A stretch of 64,000 nt of DNA. Source: Bacteroidota bacterium (GTDB lineage: Bacteria; Bacteroidota; Ignavibacteria; Kryptoniales; JAKASW01). Each line of letters begins with the position of its first letter. Position 1 is the first letter of the stretch. The notes under the pieces were generated by a model that was given only the letters and a program-made list of their open reading frames with translations, was not told where the DNA came from and made no database searches. Made by a program: the position numbers and the translations under genes. Below are positions 35,418 to 44,408 of this stretch, in pieces. The DNA lies in NCBI GenBank assembly GCA_021794075.1, contig JAJYRM010000004.1:8838-72837 (forward strand), read 5' to 3'.

Positions 35418-35585
35418 ATGCTCCCAGAGATAACGATATTAATTCTGATCGGCATCGTCATAATGCTCGCTCAGCATGAGGAGCGAGGCGGTATACGGAA
35501 GTACGTGATCATCGGGACGATCGCACTTCTTCAGACCGTGCTCGTTGTTCTGGAAATGTACATCATGAAAGTTCCGAAGTTATAG
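35418..35585 (+). CDS. Possible small two-TM membrane protein (55 aa, below ORF-track cutoff)
   Basis: ATG 35418 to TAG 35585: MLPEITILILIGIVIMLAQHEERGGIRKYVIIGTIALLQTVLVVLEMYIMKVPKL. Two hydrophobic helices. It ends 7 nt before the Wzy-like gene. No homology evidence. Confidence 0.3.
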   Translation: MLPEITILILIGIVIMLAQHEERGGIRKYVIIGTIALLQTVLVVLEMYIMKVPKL

Positions 35586-35592
35586 GGCCTAA

Positions 35593-37158
35593 ATGGATTT
35601 CATGACCGAGACAACACCGTGGAGACGTGATAAGACAGGGAAATTTGTTCCCGGCCTTCCGTTCGACTTGACCGTCCTTTACCTCGTGATAGTTTGTATT
35701 TCGCTACTCTTCGCGTTCGTGCTCCTGAAGACATACGGCAACATCGAGGCGTCCGTTGCCCTTCTGGTAGTATTCATGGTCCTGTTTCTGTCATTCTACA
35801 GGGTTGATCTCGCGTTCGACCTCTTCGTGGCGATGGTTCTGTTCTTCGACCAATTCATCGTCGTGCCCGGGGACCCGATAACCGAGAAGGTGGGATATTT
35901 CGATAATCTCAAGCAAAATCCGCTCCTCCCACCGACTTCAATCGGAGTAATGAATCCGCTGGAGATACAACTTTTCCTGATGATGTTTGGACTTTTCCTC
36001 GCAATGTGCGCGAGGAAGAATGCGAAATTCCAACGTGTGCCTGTTTGGGGATTGGCCCTACTGTTCACAACGGCGATGATCCTATCGCTGGCTCATGGGC
36101 TCGCGACCGGCGGCATCTTTCTAAGGTCGCTCTGGGAGATCAGGGCACTCTTCTATTTCCTCCTGCTGTATTTCCTGGTCCCGCAAATCATACAGACCAA
36201 AGAACAGATCTATACGCTCCTCTGGATTTTTGTCGTCATGATTGCCGTGAAAGATTTCCAGGGTGCATTAAGGTTCGCGGTGCTCGGTTTTCATTTCAGG
36301 GGTAATCTCTGTCTTACCAATCATGAAGATCCGGTTTTCACCGTTGACCTCTTCATACTCCTGTTCGGTCTTCTCCTTTTCGGTGTGAAGATGAAGCAGC
36401 GTACCGCGATCCTGGCACTGATGCCCATATTCTTACTGGGGTTCTACGCCGGAAAGCGAAGGGCGGCTTACGCGGGCTTCATCGTCTGCGTGATAGTATT
36501 CATGCTTATGTTGAACAAGAAAGAGAGGGCTGTTTTTTACAAATACTTCATCCCAGCCCTGGTGTTAGTCGCGATATATTCGGCGATTTTCTGGAACTCA
36601 CACGGCAGGCTCGGCGCGCCGGTCCGGATGATAAAATCGGGCCTCATCGAAAGCAAGAAAGCGGATGGGTCGCACTACTCTTCCAACCTCTACCGGATAG
36701 TTGAAAGGTATGACCTGGCCGCGACAGTTAAACACTCGCCGATAATCGGGATCGGATTCGGCAAGAAGTACCTTCAGCCTCTGCCGCTCGTAAAGATAGA
36801 CTTTCCCTTGCAGGACTGGATACCTCATGATGAAATACTCTGGCTGCTCGTGAAAATGGGAGCCGTAGGCTTCTTCACGTTCTGGCTTTTCATCGATGGG
36901 CTGCTCTTTGAAACCGTATCCATTACGAAGATTGTGAAGGACCCATTTCTGAAGGCGATGTGCCTGATGATCGCGGCAGCAATAGTCAATCAGATGGTCG
37001 TCTCGTATTTCGATCTGCAGCTGACCTACTACAGGGACATGGTATTCCTCAGCACTCTATGCGGCCTTCTTCCGACTATTAAAGCGCTGCACAGCGCGCA
37101 GATTTCCGAGGAGAACGCTCCGGCGCCCCCGCCGCTCTCGGATGGAGATCGGCAGTGA
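35593..37158 (+). CDS. O-antigen polymerase/ligase-like (Wzy_C-type) integral membrane protein
   Basis: 521 aa with at least 10 TM helices. It has a large loop with ...GKRRAAYAGFIV... and a periplasmic segment before the final TMs, typical of Wzy/WaaL-like proteins. Confidence 0.75.
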   Translation: MDFMTETTPWRRDKTGKFVPGLPFDLTVLYLVIVCISLLFAFVLLKTYGNIEASVALLVVFMVLFLSFYRVDLAFDLFVAMVLFFDQFIVVPGDPITEKVGYFDNLKQNPLLPPTSIGVMNPLEIQLFLMMFGLFLAMCARKNAKFQRVPVWGLALLFTTAMILSLAHGLATGGIFLRSLWEIRALFYFLLLYFLVPQIIQTKEQIYTLLWIFVVMIAVKDFQGALRFAVLGFHFRGNLCLTNHEDPVFTVDLFILLFGLLLFGVKMKQRTAILALMPIFLLGFYAGKRRAAYAGFIVCVIVFMLMLNKKERAVFYKYFIPALVLVAIYSAIFWNSHGRLGAPVRMIKSGLIESKKADGSHYSSNLYRIVERYDLAATVKHSPIIGIGFGKKYLQPLPLVKIDFPLQDWIPHDEILWLLVKMGAVGFFTFWLFIDGLLFETVSITKIVKDPFLKAMCLMIAAAIVNQMVVSYFDLQLTYYRDMVFLSTLCGLLPTIKALHSAQISEENAPAPPPLSDGDRQ

Positions 37159-37198
37159 AAATGAAAGTGAACGTCAAAACTAGACAAGAATGGTTTAA

Positions 37199-38698
37199 AT
37201 GGCTTACTCGATAGCAAAATCCTTGTTTAAGAACAGTGCGCTGATGATGATGGCACAGGCCGCGACATGGGTATCAGGACTCGTTCTCCTGATGGTCGTA
37301 GCGCGTTACCTCGGCAGCGCGGACTATGGATACTTGTACCTTGCGCTTTCCATTCAGACTATTTGCCAGTGGGTCATCGATTACGGCGGCCAGAATTACA
37401 TACCGAAAGAAGTCTCGCGGAAGAAGACAGATTCGTCCGACCTCATGACGCAGTCTATGCTCCTCAGAATGGGGCTATGGGTGCTCTCGATGATCGTTAC
37501 CTTCGCTCTTTGCCTGGTAGCCAACTATTCGACCCGAGTCATAATACTGATCATGGTTCTGGTGTTCTCTAACCTGTGGGTTAATCTGACGCTCCTGCTC
37601 CGTTCCGGGTACCAAGGGTTTGAAGACATGAAATACCCGTCACTTGCGACGGTAGTCGATCGAGGCCTGCTTACAATTACCGTAGTCCCCGCCCTTCTGC
37701 TCGGGCTGCGGGTAACGTCGGTCGCCATACTAATGGCGCTCACGCCGTTCGTCAACTTCCTGATCTGCTTAAGGTTTTCCAAGAAGATGTTCCGGCTGAA
37801 CATCTCTTTACAGATGGACAAGTTCAAGCTGCTGTTGAAAGAGGGATTTCCCTATTTCCTGTGGTCCCTCTTCGGTGTCGTCTACTATCGAATCAATGCG
37901 ATAATGCTTTCGCTGATGACTCCGGCTTCGGTTGTCGGTTGGTATGGAGCGGCTTTCAGATTCTTCGGCATACTCATGTTTCTCCCCGCGATATATTCAG
38001 CGGCCCTTTATCCCATACTCACAAGGCTGAGCCGGTCCGAGGCGCCCTCAATGATTAGCACGTCTCAAAAAAGCATCTCGTTCCTACTCCTTGCGGGGAT
38101 ACCGATAGCGGTCGGCTTGATCTTCTTCTCGCGGTTTATCGTTCAGCTCCTGTTCGGCTTGAAGGAATTCGGACCCTCCGCAGTCATTATCCAGCTTTTC
38201 TCCGCGGGGATGCTCCTGACATATGTCGATTTCGTGTTCGGCGGAATCGTTCTCGCCATTGATAAACAGAAACAGTGGGCAATGATCGCTTTCGGAGCGA
38301 TGGTAGTAAACATCGGGATGAATTACCTACTAATCCCTTACTTCCAGACCCTTTCGGGAAACGGCGGAATGGGCGCGGCAATCGCGACAGACCTGACGGA
38401 ATTATTCGTAATGATATCGGCCCTGTTTCTGATGCCGAGTAAACTCTTCTCACGGAAGCTTCTGGCAACTTGCGGGAAAGGTGTCGCAGCAGGGGTAGTG
38501 ATGGCGTTATCGATAGCGGGCGCGGAGTCGATCGGCTTCCCTTACCTCACGCTTCCCGTGATTGGGCTCGTCGCTTACGTGATCGCATTACTGGCAACAG
38601 CTACATTCAACGTTTCACAATTAAGACATCTGCTTGCCGAGATTTCAATTCCCGGCTTTCTCAAAACATTTTCAGAAAAAAGGAGAGCGAGCGCATGA
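37199..38698 (+). CDS. wzx: Wzx-type polysaccharide flippase (MOP superfamily)
   Basis: 499 aa, about 14 TM. N-terminus SLFKNSALMMMAQAATWVSGLVLLMVVARYLGSADYGYLYLALS is typical of the Polysacc_synt family. Confidence 0.85.
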   Translation: MAYSIAKSLFKNSALMMMAQAATWVSGLVLLMVVARYLGSADYGYLYLALSIQTICQWVIDYGGQNYIPKEVSRKKTDSSDLMTQSMLLRMGLWVLSMIVTFALCLVANYSTRVIILIMVLVFSNLWVNLTLLLRSGYQGFEDMKYPSLATVVDRGLLTITVVPALLLGLRVTSVAILMALTPFVNFLICLRFSKKMFRLNISLQMDKFKLLLKEGFPYFLWSLFGVVYYRINAIMLSLMTPASVVGWYGAAFRFFGILMFLPAIYSAALYPILTRLSRSEAPSMISTSQKSISFLLLAGIPIAVGLIFFSRFIVQLLFGLKEFGPSAVIIQLFSAGMLLTYVDFVFGGIVLAIDKQKQWAMIAFGAMVVNIGMNYLLIPYFQTLSGNGGMGAAIATDLTELFVMISALFLMPSKLFSRKLLATCGKGVAAGVVMALSIAGAESIGFPYLTLPVIGLVAYVIALLATATFNVSQLRHLLAEISIPGFLKTFSEKRRASA

Positions 38699-40791
38699 AG
38701 ATCCTGCACGTAACACCTTACTCCCCCGTCCCCCCAACATTCGGAGCTGCGCTGCGGATGTACCACATTCTCCGCGGGCTCGCACAGCTGCATGAAGTTA
38801 CGTTCGTCACTTTCGGGACAAAGAAGGATCTTGAAGGACTTAGATCTGCTTTCGGAGATTCGCTCGACAGCATTCACGTGGTGCCGCCAAACTTCCTCGC
38901 CCGCAGGCACCCGTGGCTCAGGTTATTGGCCGCCTTCCGAAGAAGCGAAAGTTTTTATACTCAATACACTAACGGCACGGAAATGCAGGCCGTTCTCGAC
39001 AGGCTCTATGAAAACAGCCATTATGATTTCACCATAGTCGAATTTCCGCACATGGGAAAATTCAAATTCGGCGCGGACACGATCAGCATTCTGGATGAGC
39101 ACAATGTCGAGTATTCAAATTTCGAGAGGATGTACAAGAACATTCATTCCCCCGCCAGGAAGCTGTTGTACTTCAGGGAACACAAGAAGACTTATCAGGA
39201 GGAGTTGAAAGCGTGCAAAAGCGTAGACGCGATTTTCACAACATCGATAAACGACAGCCAAATCCTTGATCGCGAAGTTCCGAGGAAGCCAAAATACGTC
39301 ATACCTAACGGCGTGGACACCGGATACTTCGTGCCATCCAAGGCCGAGCCCGAACCGTATTCGATGGTTTTTACAGGGACAATGGATTACGTGCCGAATC
39401 AGGATGGCGTGTTGTACTTCCTTGATGAAATATTCCCGCTCATAAAACAAGTTTTGCCTCAATCGAAGGTATACATAGTAGGAAAGAATCCGCCGAAGGC
39501 GATTACGCGAAGAGCGAACGTAGACACTATCGTGACAGGTTTCGTGGAAGACGTAAGGCCTTATACCTGGAAGGCCTCTGTGTACGTGGTGCCGCTGAGA
39601 ATGGGTAGCGGGACAAGACTGAAAATACTCGAGGGACTAGCCATGAAAAAACCGATCGTTAGCACAAGCATAGGCTGTGAAGGAATTGAAGTCAGGAATG
39701 GGACAGATCTCGTCGTGGCCGACAGCCCGGCCAAGTTCGCCGCGGAGGTGGTCGATCTGTTCTTGAACAGAGTGAGAGCGATAAGTCTTGGCGAGAATGG
39801 TTACGAACTCGTGAAGTCGCGATACGATTGGAGCGCTGTCGTCTCAAAAATGGATGACGCTTTAACGTCACTGTACAAAAAGAAGTACGGAAACGACAGA
39901 GATATCGGTTCTATCCAGATGAAAGAATCTCACAGCATCCCTGAACACCACGCGCAGGCGCAATACGAAGAACAGCACACTGTAAAAGTGCTTATGTATC
40001 ATCGTGTCGTCAACGACGAAACGCACATTGATCAGTATTCATGGAATGTGACCGTCTCTCAGCTCAGGAGACACCTTGAGCTCCTCGGCAAGTGGGGATA
40101 CACCTGCATTAACTTCGAGGATTACGCCCTTTTCCAACGGGGGAAGCTCAATCTTCCCAAGAAGCCCGTCATAATGACTTTCGACGACGGATACGACGAG
40201 ATGCACCGGAACGCTCTACCGATCATGAAAGAATTCGGCGCTCGCGCCACGGCATTCATACTTGGCGACCGCTCGATTAAATCGAACACATGGGATGTGG
40301 AATCGGGATTCGAAGGAGCGACGCTGATGGACGACGATCAGATACTTGAGATGAAAGACGCGGGGTTTGAGATAGGTTCACATTCCATGACACATCCGGA
40401 TCTCACCCGACTTTCCGAGCGCCGTGCCAGAAAAGAGATCTTTCAATCGAAGGAAATCCTGGAAGACTTGCTAGATTCTCCGGTCATCTCTTTCGCCTAC
40501 CCTTTCGGTTCCGCGAACAGCCTGATGGAAAGACTTGTGAAAGAAGCGGGGTACGATTACGGCTGCGGAGTATACTCGGGTCCTCCGAGATTCGCCCACG
40601 ACAAGTACGATATTCGCCGCATTCCCATAACTAGAAAGACGAACGCCGTCGATTTCGCATTGAAGATCCTGACCCCTTACGAGTATTATGAATGGATCAG
40701 ATGGGAAACTGGACGCATGATTCGCGGTAGCAAAGTCACCGTCGGCGTTCAGAGTGGAGCATCCGACGACGGAGAGGAAGGGACAATATGA
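38695..40791 (+). CDS. Fusion: GT4 (GT-B) glycosyltransferase + CE4/NodB polysaccharide deacetylase
   Basis: 699 aa from MKILHVTPYSP. The ATG overlaps the wzx TGA (ATGA at 38695-38698). GT4 core: FTGTMDYVPNQDGV...VVPLRMGSGTRLKILEGLAMKKPIVST. CE4 motifs: MTFDDGYDE, GSHSMTHPDL, FAYPFGS. No signal peptide. Confidence 0.85.
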   Translation: MKILHVTPYSPVPPTFGAALRMYHILRGLAQLHEVTFVTFGTKKDLEGLRSAFGDSLDSIHVVPPNFLARRHPWLRLLAAFRRSESFYTQYTNGTEMQAVLDRLYENSHYDFTIVEFPHMGKFKFGADTISILDEHNVEYSNFERMYKNIHSPARKLLYFREHKKTYQEELKACKSVDAIFTTSINDSQILDREVPRKPKYVIPNGVDTGYFVPSKAEPEPYSMVFTGTMDYVPNQDGVLYFLDEIFPLIKQVLPQSKVYIVGKNPPKAITRRANVDTIVTGFVEDVRPYTWKASVYVVPLRMGSGTRLKILEGLAMKKPIVSTSIGCEGIEVRNGTDLVVADSPAKFAAEVVDLFLNRVRAISLGENGYELVKSRYDWSAVVSKMDDALTSLYKKKYGNDRDIGSIQMKESHSIPEHHAQAQYEEQHTVKVLMYHRVVNDETHIDQYSWNVTVSQLRRHLELLGKWGYTCINFEDYALFQRGKLNLPKKPVIMTFDDGYDEMHRNALPIMKEFGARATAFILGDRSIKSNTWDVESGFEGATLMDDDQILEMKDAGFEIGSHSMTHPDLTRLSERRARKEIFQSKEILEDLLDSPVISFAYPFGSANSLMERLVKEAGYDYGCGVYSGPPRFAHDKYDIRRIPITRKTNAVDFALKILTPYEYYEWIRWETGRMIRGSKVTVGVQSGASDDGEEGTI

Positions 40792-42281
40792 TCGAGATGC
40801 CAACGGCATATTGGGACGTACCCTCCCCCGCTACCGAGATCATCGACAGGAAGCGCCCCGGCAACACTATAACCGTGCAACTTGTGACCGATATGTCGTC
40901 GTTTGCCGCGCTGGAGGGTGAATGGGACACGCTTGTATCAGATAGTTCAACGACAATCTTTCAAACTTTCGCCTGGCAATTTCTTTGGTGGAAACATTTC
41001 GGCTCACGTCCCGAGAATCATCTCTACATAGTGCTATTCAGAAGCAGTGAGAAGCTGATCGGCATTGCACCGTTGTTCATAAAGACTCTCTCACTATTTC
41101 ACTTCAGAATTAACAGGAAGCTCCTCCTCCTCGGCTCCGGCCTTGCCTCTCCGCATTCACCGGTACTCTCGCTCGAGAAGCAGGGTCCGCTCGATTATCT
41201 CGACATAATTTCCGCCCGAGGTTCCGAAGACCTTGTAGCGGATGCTTTTATAGCGCTTCTCCAGAACAGGAATAGGCTCTGGGACGAAGTCGAGTTCCAG
41301 AATCTTCGCGAGGACGGGACCGTCATGACGCATCTCTTGCTCAAATGCAAAGACCGCGATTTCTCTATCATCATGGAACACGAGGACACCTGTCCATTTG
41401 TCGGTTTGCCTGATAGTCTGGACAAGTTTCTCTACTCGATGAAACGGAGTGTCAGGCGTAATCTGCGCTACGTACAAAGGGGATTCCTCGAAAATCCTGA
41501 ATACAGTGTCGAGGACGCGGCGGCAAATGGAAACGCCGACGGCGCCCTTCAATTGTTGTCCCAACTTCATCAGAAGCGTTGGAATGAAATCGGATATCCC
41601 GGTCTTTTTGCGGATTCCCGCTTCGGAGCCCTTATCAAAGACATTTCGAAATCCCTCAAGCAAAATGGAAGGTTGTGGTTGAAGGTTTTGCGACACGAAG
41701 GCAAGGCGATCGCGGTGAACCTTTGCTTCAAATTCAACGGCACAATGTACACGTACGCCAGCGGTTTCGATCGTGATTCAGCTGCTGCGGGAACTTCTGG
41801 AGCAGGCTCTGCCCTGGTCTTCCAAAACATCATAGACTCAATAGAGTCACGATGCAGCGTAATCGACATGGGACGCGGGACGGAATCTTACAAATTTCAG
41901 TTCACCTCAAATACGCGCCAGAGCTGGCGGTTGAGATTGAAGCTCAGTGAAGAATCGAGCGCCGCGATCCGGGCCTACGTCTACCGAATTTATACTTTAT
42001 GGAACCGGGCGCTTTCAAGGTTCACCTGCGAGGTAACGATCGCAAGAGTTCTCATTAAAGGTAAAGGCGCCGTCCGCGGCATATCCGGATATATCTCGCA
42101 CCTCAGGGTCCGTCTGTTCGCAAAAATGGGAAGCTTCAGTAGATCGAAACCGGAAGGAGAGTCAAGATCTACCGGCGATGATAACAGTGCGGACGACGAA
42201 CGCTCTTCCCAAAAGGGATCGCCTCATCCGAAGAAAGGCAATGGAGTCGAGGATGCAGCCGAAACCGCCGGCGATAAATGA
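40788..42281 (+). CDS. CelD/BcsL-like GNAT (FemAB-like, Acetyltransf_6-type) protein 1
   Basis: 497 aa. FQTFAWQFLWWKHFG...LIGIAPLF; SMKRSVRRNLR; C-terminal GNAT half AVNLCFKFNGTMYTYASGFD. Acidic low-complexity tail. ATGA overlap with the upstream gene. Confidence 0.75.
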   Translation: MIEMPTAYWDVPSPATEIIDRKRPGNTITVQLVTDMSSFAALEGEWDTLVSDSSTTIFQTFAWQFLWWKHFGSRPENHLYIVLFRSSEKLIGIAPLFIKTLSLFHFRINRKLLLLGSGLASPHSPVLSLEKQGPLDYLDIISARGSEDLVADAFIALLQNRNRLWDEVEFQNLREDGTVMTHLLLKCKDRDFSIIMEHEDTCPFVGLPDSLDKFLYSMKRSVRRNLRYVQRGFLENPEYSVEDAAANGNADGALQLLSQLHQKRWNEIGYPGLFADSRFGALIKDISKSLKQNGRLWLKVLRHEGKAIAVNLCFKFNGTMYTYASGFDRDSAAAGTSGAGSALVFQNIIDSIESRCSVIDMGRGTESYKFQFTSNTRQSWRLRLKLSEESSAAIRAYVYRIYTLWNRALSRFTCEVTIARVLIKGKGAVRGISGYISHLRVRLFAKMGSFSRSKPEGESRSTGDDNSADDERSSQKGSPHPKKGNGVEDAAETAGDK

Positions 42282-42312
42282 TAATGTCAGCCATTAACAA
42301 AACTGGAGGATT

Positions 42313-43506
42313 ATGACCAGCCACGTTAACGCATTCGTGAACACGGAAGCGACCGCCCCGCAAGATATACAATTCCCGGAGACAGTCCACTTCCCGGCCG
42401 AAACAATTGTGGAATACGTTGATGACCTCGAGATGCTGCAGCAGATCCGAAGTGAGTGGGAGGGCCTGTCGTCATCATTTAACACACCGCTTCTCAGTCA
42501 TAACTGGTTCGCGTCTTGCGCGCACGCGTTCGGTTCCCATGAGCAGCCCGAAATTCTCATCATTCGGAGGCGCGGCGAGATCGAGGCGATTGCCCCGCTA
42601 GCCTTCAAGGGACATTTTCAAAAGAGGCTGGAAGTTATGGGAAGCTTCGTCACGAATGAACCAGGCGGAGTTATCTTTGCAGACCAGCGTTCTCTCGCGC
42701 AACTATGGGAAGCCGTGTGCGATCTACAAAAGACGGTTTTCCTGAAAGGATTCCGATTCGGTTCTCCGGAAGCTCAAGCATTGGAAAGCCTGCTCCACTC
42801 AAGACGAATCAAGTTCCTGGCGAGAGAAGAGCAACTCCCCTGGGTCAACACAAGGGGCGAATGGAAGGACTTCGAGAAGACCATCTCGTCCAGTCGGCGC
42901 TCAAGTTTCCGCAGGCTTCGCAAGCTTGCGGAGTCGAAGGGACAACTCGTTTTCGAAGAAGTGATTCCCACGCCCGAGAATGTCCAAGGTTATCTTGAAG
43001 AGCTTTTCAAAGTGGAGGCCGCGGGTTGGAAAGGAAGGACGGGAACCGCCATGAGGTCGTTTAAAGAGCTCGGCGAATTCTTCAGGACCTATTCGAGGCT
43101 GGAGGCTGAGGAAGGAAGGCTCAGGCTGTTCTTCCTCAAAGTCGGCGGACAGACTATCGCCGGCCAGCTTACCGTCGTTCGCGCAAACAGGCTCTGGATA
43201 TTCAAGATAGGCCATGATGAATCCTGGTCATGGTGCTCACCGGGGATTCTTCTCATGAACGAAGTGATCAAATATTGCTTCGACACGAAACTGGAAGGCT
43301 GCGAGATGCTCGGGAGCGACGAGCCATGGCTTCACATCTGGACCAACGAATGCCATACCGTGGTAACATACAGGATATATCCCAACGTTATTGCCGCGAT
43401 GTCGGATCTCCTGACAGATTTTGCTTACGTCGTGTCAAATAAAATAGCCACAAAGTTTGCGAAACAGAGAGGGGCGAGGCCTGCGAATGCTCACAAAAAT
43501 GCGTAA
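42313..43506 (+). CDS. CelD/BcsL-like GNAT protein 2
   Basis: 397 aa. LLSHNWFASCAHAFG...IEAIAPLAF; SSSRRSSFRRLRKL; IAGQLTVVRANRLWIFKIGHDESW. Confidence 0.75.
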   Translation: MTSHVNAFVNTEATAPQDIQFPETVHFPAETIVEYVDDLEMLQQIRSEWEGLSSSFNTPLLSHNWFASCAHAFGSHEQPEILIIRRRGEIEAIAPLAFKGHFQKRLEVMGSFVTNEPGGVIFADQRSLAQLWEAVCDLQKTVFLKGFRFGSPEAQALESLLHSRRIKFLAREEQLPWVNTRGEWKDFEKTISSSRRSSFRRLRKLAESKGQLVFEEVIPTPENVQGYLEELFKVEAAGWKGRTGTAMRSFKELGEFFRTYSRLEAEEGRLRLFFLKVGGQTIAGQLTVVRANRLWIFKIGHDESWSWCSPGILLMNEVIKYCFDTKLEGCEMLGSDEPWLHIWTNECHTVVTYRIYPNVIAAMSDLLTDFAYVVSNKIATKFAKQRGARPANAHKNA

Positions 43507-44335
43507 TAGAGTCACGAGCGCCATTGCTTCCCGGCATGTTGCCGGACATAAGCTGAGCGATGCCTTGCTGATATGCCGGTGGGCCGAATCGGAAGGGTTT
43601 AGAACCGTTATCTCTCCGTGGGCCGGAGCCCTCGATACCCCGCGCGACATGTTCAGCCGTTATGCAGCGGCTATCGAGGCCGTCACGGAGAAAAACGATG
43701 CCAGGTATGTTTCGATGAAGCTTGATTCGATCAACTACGACGGTGGATTATTCGATGATCTAGTACACCTCGCACGGGCAAGCCACGCACAGCTCCACAT
43801 CGATTCACTCGGTCCTGAAACGGCTGATGCTGCCCTCAGCTTCGTAGAAAGAGCCGTCACGTCAGGATACTATATCGGCTATACAATGGCTTCCAGGTGG
43901 CGGAGAAGTCTCACGGATGCGGAAAGAGTCGCAGACCTCGGCGTCCCAGTTCGGATTGTCAAAGGACAATGGCCCGACCCTTCCGGCCGGGCCATAAACT
44001 GCAGGAAGAACTTCACTGAAATCGCCGCTACGCTTTCGAAAAGGTGCCGCCGCATCGGTGTGGCGACACATGATGTGGTCCTCGCCAGAGAAGTCTTGAC
44101 GCGTTTCGTGGTTCAAAATGCCAACATCGAGTTGGAACAATTCTTCAGTCTTCCTCTCAACGGCGTGGCGCTCGCCAAAGAATTTGATCGGCCGTACCGG
44201 CTTTATATTTCTTACGGCCAACCGGGAATTCCGTACAACATCAGGTTCACGTTGACGCGGCCGAGGATCGCGGCGTGGGTGCTCGCTGATTTTGCCATCC
44301 ACGCGAGAAAGCCATGGGCTCAAAATCCTACTTGA
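43487..44335 (+). CDS. Proline dehydrogenase-family (PRODH-like) TIM-barrel protein
   Basis: Collinear with short bacterial PRODH: SRHVAGHKLSDAL..AESEGF; YVSMKLDSI; VRIVKGQWPDP; IGVATHDVVLAREV; YRLYISYGQPGIPYNIRFTLTRP. The start is uncertain (ATG 43487 or 43499; the ORF is open from 43457). Confidence 0.65.
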   Translation: MLTKMRNRVTSAIASRHVAGHKLSDALLICRWAESEGFRTVISPWAGALDTPRDMFSRYAAAIEAVTEKNDARYVSMKLDSINYDGGLFDDLVHLARASHAQLHIDSLGPETADAALSFVERAVTSGYYIGYTMASRWRRSLTDAERVADLGVPVRIVKGQWPDPSGRAINCRKNFTEIAATLSKRCRRIGVATHDVVLAREVLTRFVVQNANIELEQFFSLPLNGVALAKEFDRPYRLYISYGQPGIPYNIRFTLTRPRIAAWVLADFAIHARKPWAQNPT

Positions 44336-44408
44336 CCAGCTTCCTTCAATTTATGCTAGACAAATCCAAGCACCTTAAATGAATATCAAACTGGAGCGGA
44401 GTTAAAGA

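Noticed and set aside
38470-38694. The upstream extension of the GT4-CE4 ORF (773-aa version in the ORF track).
   Set aside because: It lies entirely inside the wzx coding region in another frame. MKILHVTPYSP at 38695 is a typical GT4 N-terminus and forms an ATGA junction with the wzx stop.
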